Source: a virus (Duplodnaviria > Caudoviricetes). From it: a stretch of DNA of 62,575 nt. The notes under the pieces were generated by a model. It was not told where the DNA came from. It made no database searches and was given only the letters and a program-made list of their open reading frames with translations. Within the stretch, counting starts at the first letter, position 1; each line of letters starts with the position of its first letter. This document shows positions 7,308 to 17,224 of the stretch, piece after piece. The stretch covers positions 1 through 62,575 of IMG/VR virus record IMGVR_UViG_3300006751_000011; one strand, written 5' to 3'. Both the position numbers and the translations under genes were made by a program.

Positions 7308-7986
7308 GCTTGTTAATTCAATTAAAGAATCACGTAGAAGAGAAATAGCTCAACGTCGAGAGTGGGAAATATTTGGCAGTGTTCAACTTATCATAAAGGA
7401 CCACCCTCCGACAAACGTGAATATTCAAGACATTATTCAAGAATTGGAAGAAAAAATCCCCCGTGGATTTGTAAAGTCTCTGGACGTGATTTATATCGGA
7501 CAGTTCGAACACTTACAAACTCGCGAAGTTGAAGCTATTTATCAGGACGGGGCAATATATGTCTCAAATGACCAGCCCACAGAAGACGAATTTGTGGAAT
7601 CCATTGGTCACGAGATAGCACATTCCCTGGAAGAAACAATACCTATGGAAATATATTCCGATGGAGTCATTGAAGAAGAATTTCTGGGAAAGCGCCGCCG
7701 ACTCTGGTCTATTCTTAAATCTAGAAACTTGGCGAAAGATGACGATCGCGTTTATTTTGATCAGCCGGATTATTCAAAGAATTTTGATGCTTATTTATAT
7801 AAGGTTGTTGGATATCCGGTATTGACTTCTCTGACTATGGGCTTATTCTTATCACCATACGCGGCTACATCACTCAGAGAATATTTCGCGAACGCCTTTG
7901 AGTCTTTTTTCTTAAATGGCGAGGCAAATTATGTTAAACAAATTAGCCCAGCCGTGTATAATAAACTTATTGAGTTATCGAACTGA
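7288..7986 (+). CDS. HEXXH zincin-like metallopeptidase-fold protein
   Basis: GHEIAHSLE with a downstream REYFANAFE that could supply the third ligand. Confidence 0.6.
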   Translation: MTTNRNKLVNSIKESRRREIAQRREWEIFGSVQLIIKDHPPTNVNIQDIIQELEEKIPRGFVKSLDVIYIGQFEHLQTREVEAIYQDGAIYVSNDQPTEDEFVESIGHEIAHSLEETIPMEIYSDGVIEEEFLGKRRRLWSILKSRNLAKDDDRVYFDQPDYSKNFDAYLYKVVGYPVLTSLTMGLFLSPYAATSLREYFANAFESFFLNGEANYVKQISPAVYNKLIELSN

Positions 7987-8000
7987 AAGGAGACATAATT

Positions 8001-8396
8001 ATGTCGGATAAAAATAAAAAATTTCGTAGCCATTGCGATTTAGACATTCTACTAGATAAGGAAACAAACACTGTTTCTGTGAAAGTTAATTATAAGCCGG
8101 AAATGTTTACGCGCCCTATGGATGCGCTTCGCCATCGCTATTCTTTGATGGACGTTAAAGAAGAGTTATGCAGACAAGGTATTGTCGTTGATGAGGATTC
8201 CGATACCGTTGTTGAACCACACGCTGGCGTGATTGACAACACATCAACTCGGACAGAGAAGCATTCTTTAGCTGCCACCTTCAAGCTGATACCGGATTCT
8301 TCGAAGAAAACAAACAAGCTCGCGACACCACCTAATCCAGCTCGCGCCTCTTCGAAGAAAACATCTAAAAACAAAACGAAAACTACGAATAAGTAG
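8001..8396 (+). CDS. Hypothetical protein with a basic C-terminal tail
   Basis: 131 aa, AAGGAG SD. Confidence 0.7.
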   Translation: MSDKNKKFRSHCDLDILLDKETNTVSVKVNYKPEMFTRPMDALRHRYSLMDVKEELCRQGIVVDEDSDTVVEPHAGVIDNTSTRTEKHSLAATFKLIPDSSKKTNKLATPPNPARASSKKTSKNKTKTTNK

Positions 8397-8404
8397 AGGC
8401 AAAT

Positions 8405-9196
8405 ATGCCACATATTTCTTTTTCTGAGTTGAAGAACTGGGACAAGTGCGCGCACTATCACAAGTTGGTTCACCTAGACAAACTAAAAGGCTTTGAAGGT
8501 AACGTACATACAGCTATTGGTAATGCCGTTCACGATGTCTGTGAGCATATTCTAATTAAGAATAGCGTACAGAATACGCAAGACTTATTTGAGGTCAGAT
8601 TTCTTAAAGCTCTCCAACGACTTCCGGAACACATTAAAGATGATCTGGACAAAAAACTCGTCACTGATATGAGGCAGCAGGGTAAAGATATTGTTGTCCT
8701 TGTGCTTGATTCAGTTAAAGAATACTTCGGAGATTATGAAACGATCTCAACTGAAGAAAGACTTATGTACCCAATTGAAGAATTTGATGATGCAGAATAT
8801 TCTTTCAAAGGTTTCATTGACTTAGTATTAAAAACAGACGATGGAAAATATCACATAATTGATTGGAAGACCTGCTCCTGGGGCTGGGACGCCCGCCGTA
8901 AAACTGAGCCAATGACAACATATCAGTTAACATTTTACAAGCATTACTTCGCTAAAAAACACAATATTGACCCGTCTGATATTGAGACACATTTTGCCCT
9001 TCTTAAACGAACGGCTAAAAAAGACCGTGTAGAATTTTTTAGAGTGACCAGCGGTCCTAAAAAAACCAGCAATGCTGTTAAATTCCTAACGAGAGCATTG
9101 TATAATATTAACAATAAGAAATTTGTCAAGAACAAACTTTCGTGTCACGGAAATTTTGGTCAATGCGAATTTTATAAGACAAAACACTGTAGGTAA
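8405..9196 (+). CDS. PD-(D/E)XK exonuclease, Cas4/AddB-like
   Basis: ISFSEL..C, GNAVHD, FKGFIDLV and IIDWKT motifs. One N-terminal and three C-terminal Cys fit the Fe-S staple pattern. Confidence 0.85.
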   Translation: MPHISFSELKNWDKCAHYHKLVHLDKLKGFEGNVHTAIGNAVHDVCEHILIKNSVQNTQDLFEVRFLKALQRLPEHIKDDLDKKLVTDMRQQGKDIVVLVLDSVKEYFGDYETISTEERLMYPIEEFDDAEYSFKGFIDLVLKTDDGKYHIIDWKTCSWGWDARRKTEPMTTYQLTFYKHYFAKKHNIDPSDIETHFALLKRTAKKDRVEFFRVTSGPKKTSNAVKFLTRALYNINNKKFVKNKLSCHGNFGQCEFYKTKHCR

Positions 9197-9202
9197 ATTA
9201 TC

Positions 9203-10462
9203 GTGAGCAAGATTAAAGTATTAACTATTTCTGATCATCCTTTATCTCCGTCAGGAGTGGGCACCCAAACTAGGTATGTGATTGAAGCGCTCCTAAAATC
9301 TGGCAAGTTTCAGTTTAATTCTCTTGCTGGAGCAATGCGCCACGATAATTATAACCCTGTTAAAACTGAAGAATGGGGTGACGATTGGGCAATCTACCCG
9401 GTTGATAGCTATGGAGATCCAGATACTATAAGATCTCTGCTGCGAACCTATAAGCCAGACATTGTGTGGTTTATGACAGACCCTAGGTTTTATATCTGGC
9501 TGTGGGAGATGGAAGATGAAATTCGTTCTATGGTCCCGCTGGTGTATTACCACGTGTGGGACAATTACCCTTATCCGACTTTTAACAAACATTATTACGA
9601 TTCTTGCGATGTCATCGCGACCATCTCAAAGGTTACCGACGATATTGTAAAAACGGTCTCTCCAGACACAGAAAGTATCTACATTCCTCACGCCGTTGAT
9701 TCGGAATGTTTTAAACCTCTAGAAAAAGATGTTATTCAAAAGGCTCGTGACGACTCCGGCATCAAACCAGAACAAACTTTGTTTTTCTGGAACAACCGAA
9801 ACGCTCGCCGCAAGCAGAGTGGGAGTCTCATCTTTTGGTTCAATGATTTCCTCGAAAAGGTTGGTAAAGATTCAGCGAGGCTTATAATGCATACGAGTAC
9901 GAAGGATGAGGCGGGACAGGATCTTGAAGCAATCCTTTATCAAACAGGTCTTACAAATGGCGAGGTTAAATTCTCCACTGCCAAGATCCCCCCACAACAG
10001 TTAGCTATGATGTATAATATGGCTGACTGCACTGTTAATATTGCCGACGCCGAAGGCTTTGGATTATCTTCACTTGAGAGTCTTTCTTGTGGAACACCAG
10101 TCATTAATACGATGACCGGAGGTCTCCAAGAACAGGTAACAGACGGAGAGAATTGGTTTGGTATTGGCATTGAACCAGCTTCAAAAGCTATTATTGGTTC
10201 TCAGCAAATTCCTTGGATTTATGAGGATCGTGTCAGCGGAAAAGACGTTGTTGATGCTTTCATTAAAATCCACGAGATGTCTGATGAGCAGTTAACAGAA
10301 TTGGGATCCGCAGGTCGCGACCACACACTTAAGAACTATAATTTTGAAAAGTTCAATAAACAATGGATTGACCTTATGACAGAGACCTATGAGAAACGAG
10401 GCTCTTGGGAAAACAGAAAGATGTATAATCGTTGGGAACTTATTAAGATGGGGGGCAAATAA
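9203..10462 (+). CDS. GT-B glycosyltransferase (GT4-like)
   Basis: SDHP...SGVG, IPHAVD, NRNARRK and AEGFGLSSLESLSCGTPVI. Confidence 0.9.
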   Translation: MSKIKVLTISDHPLSPSGVGTQTRYVIEALLKSGKFQFNSLAGAMRHDNYNPVKTEEWGDDWAIYPVDSYGDPDTIRSLLRTYKPDIVWFMTDPRFYIWLWEMEDEIRSMVPLVYYHVWDNYPYPTFNKHYYDSCDVIATISKVTDDIVKTVSPDTESIYIPHAVDSECFKPLEKDVIQKARDDSGIKPEQTLFFWNNRNARRKQSGSLIFWFNDFLEKVGKDSARLIMHTSTKDEAGQDLEAILYQTGLTNGEVKFSTAKIPPQQLAMMYNMADCTVNIADAEGFGLSSLESLSCGTPVINTMTGGLQEQVTDGENWFGIGIEPASKAIIGSQQIPWIYEDRVSGKDVVDAFIKIHEMSDEQLTELGSAGRDHTLKNYNFEKFNKQWIDLMTETYEKRGSWENRKMYNRWELIKMGGK

Positions 10463-11703
10463 TGAAAAAGATTTTAGTAAGAGGTCCAGCCCTCAGCAGA
10501 AGCGGTTATGGCGAACAAGCTCGCTTTGCACTCCGTGCCCTCAACGCTCACCAAGCTGAATATGATATATATTTGATTAATACCGGCTGGGGAGCCACAA
10601 GTTGGTTAACAGAAGATGACGAAGAGCGCGCCTGGATTGATTCCCTATTACAAAAAACAATTGCCTATTCTCAGACCGGCGGCACGTTTGATATTTCAGT
10701 TCAAGTTACCATCCCGGCTGAATTTGAGCGCCTAGCTCCATATAATGTTGGCTATACAGCGGGTATTGAAACCACGTTGATGTCGGCGCCGTGGCTTGAG
10801 AAAACTTACGTTGTTGATAAGCTTATTGTCCCTTCTCAACATTCAAAAGGTGTTATTGAAACCTCCAGTTGGGATGGTCAGGACCAGCGAACAAACCAAG
10901 CCTTTAAACTAACTTGCATAAAACCTGTGGATGCCGTTGCATTTCCTGTAAAACAAATTGAACCAGAAGACATTAATTTAGGTCTGGATACCGATTTCAA
11001 TTTTCTGACAGTGGCTCAATGGGGTCCAAGAAAAAATCTAGAAGCGACCATTGATTGGTTTGTTGAAGAATTCCAGGGTAATCCAGAAGTAGGATTAATC
11101 GTTAAAACCCAGCTCGCAAAAAATTGTCTTATTGATAGAAGACATACCGAAACTCGTCTTAAAAGATTACTGGCTAAATATCCTGACCACAAGTGCAAAG
11201 TATATCTATTACACGGAGCCTTAACCGAGGGTGAAATGACTTCACTTTATCAGGATGATAGAATAAAAGCAATCGTGAGTACCACACACGGCGAGGGATT
11301 TGGCTTGCCACTGTTTGAAGCTGCGTATAACGGTCTTCCTGTAATAGCAACAAACTGGAGCGCTCACAGAGACTTTTTATATGCACCAGTCAAGGATAAG
11401 AAGAGTAAGAAAACAAAGATAAAAGCCCTGTTTTCAAAGATTGATTATACACTGGAAAACATCCCGCCCCATGCTGTCTGGGAAAACGTTATTGTCGCAG
11501 AGGCGAAGTGGGCTGTTCCCAAAAAGGGCAGCTATAAAACTTGCCTAGGAAAAGTATATGCCAACTATGGCACCTATAAATCATCTGCTAAGAAACTTCA
11601 GACTTATTTGAAAGATGAGTTTTCAGCAGAGAATCAGTACAAAAGATTCGTCGATGCTCTAGGTCTCCCTGAACAGGCTGAAGAAGTACAAGTTTTTACG
11701 TGA
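10462..11703 (+). CDS. GT-B glycosyltransferase (GT4-like)
   Basis: SGYG, RKN and HGEGFGLPLFEAAYNGLPVI. Confidence 0.9.
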   Translation: MKKILVRGPALSRSGYGEQARFALRALNAHQAEYDIYLINTGWGATSWLTEDDEERAWIDSLLQKTIAYSQTGGTFDISVQVTIPAEFERLAPYNVGYTAGIETTLMSAPWLEKTYVVDKLIVPSQHSKGVIETSSWDGQDQRTNQAFKLTCIKPVDAVAFPVKQIEPEDINLGLDTDFNFLTVAQWGPRKNLEATIDWFVEEFQGNPEVGLIVKTQLAKNCLIDRRHTETRLKRLLAKYPDHKCKVYLLHGALTEGEMTSLYQDDRIKAIVSTTHGEGFGLPLFEAAYNGLPVIATNWSAHRDFLYAPVKDKKSKKTKIKALFSKIDYTLENIPPHAVWENVIVAEAKWAVPKKGSYKTCLGKVYANYGTYKSSAKKLQTYLKDEFSAENQYKRFVDALGLPEQAEEVQVFT

Positions 11704-11711
11704 GAAGATAG

Positions 11712-13340
11712 ATGAACTTTGTTTTTGTAGCCGACTTCTTTGCCAATGAGATCTTAGGGGGCGGTGAAATAAATAATGATGTCCTCGCTGATTGCTTACG
11801 CCAGCGGGGACACTCTGTATCTGAGAGAAAGTGTGTATCCCTTACGACAGAAGAAATAACTTCTAATCTGGGCGCTTGTTACGTTATAAGCAACTTTATA
11901 CAACTATCAGAAGATGTGAAGTCCGCTCTCAAAAATACCCGATACGTTATTTATGAGCACGACCATAAATATCTCCGACATCGTAACCCGGCGATGTTCT
12001 CCAATTATAAAGCACCTAGATCCGAATTAGTCAATAGAGATTTTTATGCGGGCGCCCTCGGTGTCTTCTGCCAGAGTAAATTTCATTGCGAGATCTTGCA
12101 GAAGAATCTTTTCCTAGATAATGTTAAGAACCTCGGCGGCAACTTGTGGTCAGACGAGTCCTTAGAGGTGATGACAATACTGCTTCAGAATGAGAAGCAA
12201 AACAAATTCTCTGTAATGCAATCAAGCATCGCACATAAGAATACTGCTGGCGCCGTGAAATACTGCGAGAGAAACAACTCTCCGTATGATTTGATCTCTT
12301 CCAGCGATTATCACGATTTCTTATCGCAGCTTTCTAGGAATAACAAATTTGTGTTTCTGCCGCAGACCCCAGAGACACTATCTAGAGTGGTTGTTGAAGC
12401 GAGGATGCTTGGCGTCGAGGTTCACACTAACAGTCGTGTAGGCGCAGCTTCAGAATCTTGGTTCCCTTTAAAGGGATTTGAATTAATAGAGAAGATGAGA
12501 CAACGACGCGAAGAAATAACATCAGCGGTAGAACATACTTTCAATTCTGGTAAATGTTCTTTTTTTACCCCCTCTCTAGACACACCGAAGATTTCAATAT
12601 TAACATCCTTATATAAAGGCGATGAACATATTGAAGGGTTCTTGGCTAATATGACTTCTCAATCTGTCTTTGACGATTGTGAACTTATTATCATTGATGC
12701 AAATTCCCCAGGCAATGAAAAAGAAGTAATTGATAGATATCGCGAGCAGTATCCAAACATTATTTATAAGCGCCTTGATAAAGACCCTGGCATATACGGT
12801 TGTTGGAATCAAGCCCTTGATATGGCTTCTGGCGAATTCGTAACAAACGCAAATTTAGATGACCGCCGCTCAAGGCAACAGTTAGAGATCTTTGCCAACG
12901 AGTTAACAAATGATTCAGAAGTTGACCTGATCTATTCCCAATGTTTCATAACCGGCAAGGCGGGAGAAACTTATCTTCACAATTCTAGCTTGGAAACTGT
13001 ATATCCTATCGCCCCGTTTTCTCGCGAGGCTATGGTTAAGTGCTTACCAGGATGTATGCCGATGTGGAGAAGGAGTATGCACGAGGGCATTGGAAACTTT
13101 GAGGCGAAATATAAGTCAGCAGGAGACTGGGAGATGTGGCTCCGCGCAGTAGAGAACGGCTCTGTATTTAAGATGGCTGATGGGGTCCACGGTCTTTATT
13201 ATCATAACCCGACTGGGTTATCAACTGACAAGTCTCGCGAGAAAGAGAAGAAGGCAGAGGAGGCTGAGGTCTTTTTTAAATATGCCGAGATCTTTGGGCA
13301 GAGAAACTTTGATATGTTTAAAGGATACTTCTCACAGTGA
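11712..13340 (+). CDS. Two-domain glycosyltransferase (divergent GT-B N-terminus plus GT2 C-terminus)
   Basis: N-terminal GGGE and ETLSRVVVEARMLG. C-terminal KISILTSLYK, LIIIDANS, NANLDD and AGDWEMWLR. Confidence 0.8.
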   Translation: MNFVFVADFFANEILGGGEINNDVLADCLRQRGHSVSERKCVSLTTEEITSNLGACYVISNFIQLSEDVKSALKNTRYVIYEHDHKYLRHRNPAMFSNYKAPRSELVNRDFYAGALGVFCQSKFHCEILQKNLFLDNVKNLGGNLWSDESLEVMTILLQNEKQNKFSVMQSSIAHKNTAGAVKYCERNNSPYDLISSSDYHDFLSQLSRNNKFVFLPQTPETLSRVVVEARMLGVEVHTNSRVGAASESWFPLKGFELIEKMRQRREEITSAVEHTFNSGKCSFFTPSLDTPKISILTSLYKGDEHIEGFLANMTSQSVFDDCELIIIDANSPGNEKEVIDRYREQYPNIIYKRLDKDPGIYGCWNQALDMASGEFVTNANLDDRRSRQQLEIFANELTNDSEVDLIYSQCFITGKAGETYLHNSSLETVYPIAPFSREAMVKCLPGCMPMWRRSMHEGIGNFEAKYKSAGDWEMWLRAVENGSVFKMADGVHGLYYHNPTGLSTDKSREKEKKAEEAEVFFKYAEIFGQRNFDMFKGYFSQ

Positions 13341-13984
13341 AGAAAATAATCTCATTTAGCCTCTGGGGAAACAACCCAACCTATACAGTGGGTGCAATTA
13401 AGAATGCAGATCTAGCTTTGGAAATATACCCAGGCTGGATTTGTCGTTATTATGTAGGCAAGTCAGTTCCGGCAGACATCATAGACGCATTGATACAGAG
13501 AGAGAACACTGAAGTGTTCGTGATGAACGAAGAAGGTGATTGGACTGGAATGTTCTGGCGCTTTTATCCAGCTTCAGAACCTGACGTTGAGGTTATGTTA
13601 TCTAGGGATACAGACAGTCGTTTGGATATAAGAGAACGCGCCGCAGTTGATGACTGGCTTGCAGGCGATAAAGATTTCCATATTATGAGAGATCACCCAT
13701 ATCACGCAACTCAAATTCTCGGTGGAATGTGGGGGGTACGGAACGGGCTTCTGCTCGGGATGAGGCAGGCTATATTAGATTATACTAAGGGTGATTTTTG
13801 GCAAGTAGACCAAAACTTCTTAAAAGAAATCATATATCCTTATATAATGAATAATACTTGCACGCACGATGAATACTTTGCGAAAGAGCCGTTTCCAACA
13901 AAACGAGAACCAAAGCAGTTTGTCGGTCAGGCATATGACGCCAACGATAATCAATTGCACCCTGAACACGGAGAATTAGTATGA
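13337..13984 (+). CDS. Putative GT-A-fold glycosyltransferase ('ISFSLWG' family)
   Basis: ISFSLWG, WRF, SRDTDSR (DxD), MRDHPYH, GGMWG and DQNFL. Confidence 0.6.
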   Translation: MKKIISFSLWGNNPTYTVGAIKNADLALEIYPGWICRYYVGKSVPADIIDALIQRENTEVFVMNEEGDWTGMFWRFYPASEPDVEVMLSRDTDSRLDIRERAAVDDWLAGDKDFHIMRDHPYHATQILGGMWGVRNGLLLGMRQAILDYTKGDFWQVDQNFLKEIIYPYIMNNTCTHDEYFAKEPFPTKREPKQFVGQAYDANDNQLHPEHGELV

Positions 13985-14655
13985 AGAATTTAAGCAACGT
14001 TGATATCCACGAATTCCTTTCTCGATGCAAGCCAGAGCGTGTTGAGGGTAGAAAGATTAACTACGAAGACACAGAATATGCCATGCCATATTCTACTGTA
14101 AAAATACAAGATGTTATCTTGGGGGGTCTTAGAGAAAATCAAGAGAGAATTTCTTTGTTCGAAAAGATTATAGAAGATAATTCCCAATCTCGCGATTCAT
14201 ACCTAGATATCGGGAGTAATTTAGGCGTGTTTGTCAGATCTTTTGATCATATCTTTGAAAAGGTTAGTGGAATAGACGCTGATCGCTATTATATTGATAT
14301 GTGTGAGTTCTTATACGAGGAAGAAAATTGTGATTTTATTTTGGCTGATCTTAATATTAAAAGAATTACAGATTTCTTTGATTCCCCGCGCGACGTAATC
14401 ACTGCACTGTCTATGATCGAGTACATAAATAATAAAGAACAATTTGTGCAAGATTTATATGATCTAACAAATGAACTTTGTATTATCGAAGGTCACAGCG
14501 AAGATATTATCAAGGGCTACGATAAGAAATACGAAGACCTGCTAAAGTCTAAAAACTGGAAAGTGCAGAGAGCAGACTTTACTACTGACGCTGGGGTGAA
14601 CGCTCCTGTGCCGACACAGGAGACGGGGAGACCATTATGGATCTGCAAGAAATGA
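13981..14655 (+). CDS. Class I SAM-dependent methyltransferase (WbdD N-domain-like)
   Basis: Motif I YLDIGSNLG, motif II VSGID and DVITALSMIEY. Confidence 0.8.
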   Translation: MKNLSNVDIHEFLSRCKPERVEGRKINYEDTEYAMPYSTVKIQDVILGGLRENQERISLFEKIIEDNSQSRDSYLDIGSNLGVFVRSFDHIFEKVSGIDADRYYIDMCEFLYEEENCDFILADLNIKRITDFFDSPRDVITALSMIEYINNKEQFVQDLYDLTNELCIIEGHSEDIIKGYDKKYEDLLKSKNWKVQRADFTTDAGVNAPVPTQETGRPLWICKK

Positions 14656-15194
14656 AAGCCTTTTACCCAAAAACATCAAATGGCGCCAATAGTGATAGAA
14701 AATATTTTGTATCTGGATCCGCTTTTATAAAGGTTGACGATTTTGCTGAGAGAGGTCAGAGCGAGGCTCGTATCTTATCCTCTTTATCTCACCCTCTCGT
14801 GCAGAAATATATTGATTCTTATATTTCTGACGATAATAAGCATATATTAATCACCGAATATTTTGAAGGAGATACTTTAGAAAATCTTCTCTCTCAAGAG
14901 TCTTTGTCCCATATCCAGAGAATAACGATAGAAAGTCAATTGTTTCTAATTCTATCGTACCTTATCCAGCGCCGCGTTCATCACGGCGATATAAATGTTA
15001 GTAATATTCTGTTTAATGGTGAACGAATACTTTTGATAGACTTTGAGATGTCACGGTACGACGATGGGATGAAGGATTTATTAGGACCATTAACCGAAAC
15101 AAATCATTGTGGCATATTTAACGTTATTAACATCATTAGAGGACGAGACAAGCCCAAGCCTGAGCCGCCTGAAGAAGTCGCCGAGGAACTATAG
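14652..15194 (+). CDS. Protein-kinase-fold enzyme, probably a sugar kinase (WbdD C-domain-like)
   Basis: FIK, EARIL, ITEYFEG, HGDINVSNIL and LIDFE. ATG 14652 overlaps the methyltransferase stop (ATGA); track start 14637. Confidence 0.8.
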   Translation: MKAFYPKTSNGANSDRKYFVSGSAFIKVDDFAERGQSEARILSSLSHPLVQKYIDSYISDDNKHILITEYFEGDTLENLLSQESLSHIQRITIESQLFLILSYLIQRRVHHGDINVSNILFNGERILLIDFEMSRYDDGMKDLLGPLTETNHCGIFNVINIIRGRDKPKPEPPEEVAEEL

Positions 15195-15832
15195 TGTACG
15201 ACCAAACATTAGAATATTTTAGGAATAGGATTCTTAAAGATAACGAGAAGCTCTTAAGCGAGTATAATAAGACATATGACTACCTAAGCCTGATTCACCC
15301 AATTTACAATCGTAATTGGAGAGTAAAATTTTTAGATAATCATCGGTTTATGAATTGGATTTTATATTCGTATCTAATGGATATAAAAGAAAATCGTGCT
15401 GAACATTTGTTGCCCAACAACATCCTTTCTGGTGATATCACAGTTATGGATATTGGGTGTTACGATTCTTTTCTTGTTGCAGCATTAAATAAAAATGGAA
15501 TTGATGCTTATGGATATGACGATAACGATTGGGCTGATATGTTCGGCGTCTTGGGAACAACACATAAGACTAATTTTAGTCCGAACTGGAATCGTAGAGA
15601 AAAAAACATTGACGTTGCCATAGTGTTGAATTATGCTCATATGTTTAAACCAGATGACTTATTGTCCTATGTCGAAGAGAAGTGCGGAAATATGCCGTCA
15701 GCAATATTTTTTGATTTTGATGCAAGTGTTCAACATGTACATCATCATTTGTATGAGGCGTCGCGAGCAAATTACAAGACACTGACATTCCCTGCCTCCT
15801 CGGAGAGAGAATTATATATATGGCACGCATAA
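15194..15832 (+). CDS. Putative SAM-dependent methyltransferase
   Basis: VMDIGCYD, AYGYD and DVAIVLNYAH. The GTG start overlaps the previous TAG. Confidence 0.6.
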   Translation: MYDQTLEYFRNRILKDNEKLLSEYNKTYDYLSLIHPIYNRNWRVKFLDNHRFMNWILYSYLMDIKENRAEHLLPNNILSGDITVMDIGCYDSFLVAALNKNGIDAYGYDDNDWADMFGVLGTTHKTNFSPNWNRREKNIDVAIVLNYAHMFKPDDLLSYVEEKCGNMPSAIFFDFDASVQHVHHHLYEASRANYKTLTFPASSERELYIWHA

Positions 15833-16497
15833 TAAGGATAGATGATTTCCCACACGGCGATCTGGCGATGTTTTCTCGCGGAGATTATATGTATTATCGC
15901 CAAAAAGTCGCCGCTGGCTTAGAAGTGTTTGAGAAAAACGATATACCCTACATACTCGGCGCCAGCGCTCTACTTTTTCAGCCTGGAGATGTTGAGTTTT
16001 TGAACTCCACTATTAAGAAGGGCAAAGTTGTTCTCCACGGTTTTAATCACGGTTGGAATTTACCGTGGGATAAAATAACGTCTTTCTGGAGAGGTGGTGG
16101 TGAATTTTTCAACCTCTCAACTGAGGATATCTCTGAGAGGTATCAACGTTCTGTTGAGATTTTAAAAAATGTCAAATCTTTTTCCGAAGAGGATTTTATT
16201 GCACCATTTAATTGTTATACACAAGAACTGTTAGATTTTCTCAAAGACACACCAGTAAAAAGAATTCACACTTCAGATGAATTTTGGGAATCGTATGGTT
16301 TGGATAAAATGGAATATCACTCTATGACTCCAGTGGTTTCTAAATTTAAAGTCACTTATGATGATGCCCATAAGGTTGTAAACCATCTTGATGATCCATC
16401 GCAAATAACTTTACATTGGTGTTATGACGCGCAAAGACCGAATTGGCTTTCGGATTATCAAACGTTATGCACAGAGATAGAGAAGAGAAATGTATAA
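15820..16497 (+). CDS. Polysaccharide deacetylase-like protein (CE4/DUF2334 type)
   Basis: IRIDD, LHGFNH, FIAPFN and ITLHW. Confidence 0.75.
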   Translation: MARIIRIDDFPHGDLAMFSRGDYMYYRQKVAAGLEVFEKNDIPYILGASALLFQPGDVEFLNSTIKKGKVVLHGFNHGWNLPWDKITSFWRGGGEFFNLSTEDISERYQRSVEILKNVKSFSEEDFIAPFNCYTQELLDFLKDTPVKRIHTSDEFWESYGLDKMEYHSMTPVVSKFKVTYDDAHKVVNHLDDPSQITLHWCYDAQRPNWLSDYQTLCTEIEKRNV

Positions 16498-17224
16498 AAT
16501 AATGATTCCCTATAGAGATCGCGATTCTCATCTAAAGACATTTGTTAAGAATGCGATACCTTTCTTTGAAGAGTCTGGCAGGGACTATAAAATAATCATA
16601 ATTGAGCAACCTGATGGTAAGCCATTTAATCTTGGTAAATTAACCAACGTTGGGTTTGATATTTTTAAAAAAGAGTATGGTGGGTATAAACCAGAAGACT
16701 CATTTATATTTCAACCTGTTGATTGTATTCCTTATGATGCTCACTATGACGCGCCGCGAGGCGGCATTGCGAAACTAACTAGTCACTATAGTACGCCAAG
16801 ACAGTCCGACGAAATAACTGTTGATTTTAGTCGCGCGACGTGGACACCGCGTAGATCTCAGGTGCCGCAAGGCGAACCTCGCGTACACGGAGTTCCGTTT
16901 CATTATAAAGCTTTCTCTATCGATCCGGCTGCTTATGAGAAGGTGAACGGCTTTAATAATGATTGCTGGGGTTGGGGAGGCGAAGATGATGAATTTTTTG
17001 TGCGCCTTTCCTTGTTTGGGATTAAGAACGTGCATCGTCTTTGCCTGTACGACATGCTAGATCACGAACTAGCGTCTTTAGAACACCACCAACATAATAT
17101 CCTCAAGGCTCATATTATGGCATCTCAAGAAGACGCCTACAAAAGCGGTCTAAGTAACTTGGAATATAAAGTTATTGAAAAGACTGAAAGGCTTGGAATT
17201 GAGACATATGTTTGTGAGATTTAA
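16490..17224 (+). CDS. GT7 (beta-1,4-galactosyltransferase-like) glycosyltransferase
   Basis: IPYRDR..HL, IIEQ..KPFN..KL.NVG, VNGFNN and WGWGGEDDE. Confidence 0.88.
   Translation: MYKIMIPYRDRDSHLKTFVKNAIPFFEESGRDYKIIIIEQPDGKPFNLGKLTNVGFDIFKKEYGGYKPEDSFIFQPVDCIPYDAHYDAPRGGIAKLTSHYSTPRQSDEITVDFSRATWTPRRSQVPQGEPRVHGVPFHYKAFSIDPAAYEKVNGFNNDCWGWGGEDDEFFVRLSLFGIKNVHRLCLYDMLDHELASLEHHQHNILKAHIMASQEDAYKSGLSNLEYKVIEKTERLGIETYVCEI

Noticed and set aside
14640-14660. Programmed -1 frameshift fusing the methyltransferase and kinase
   Set aside because: There is no canonical slippery heptamer or stimulatory hairpin. An ordinary ATGA coupling explains the junction.
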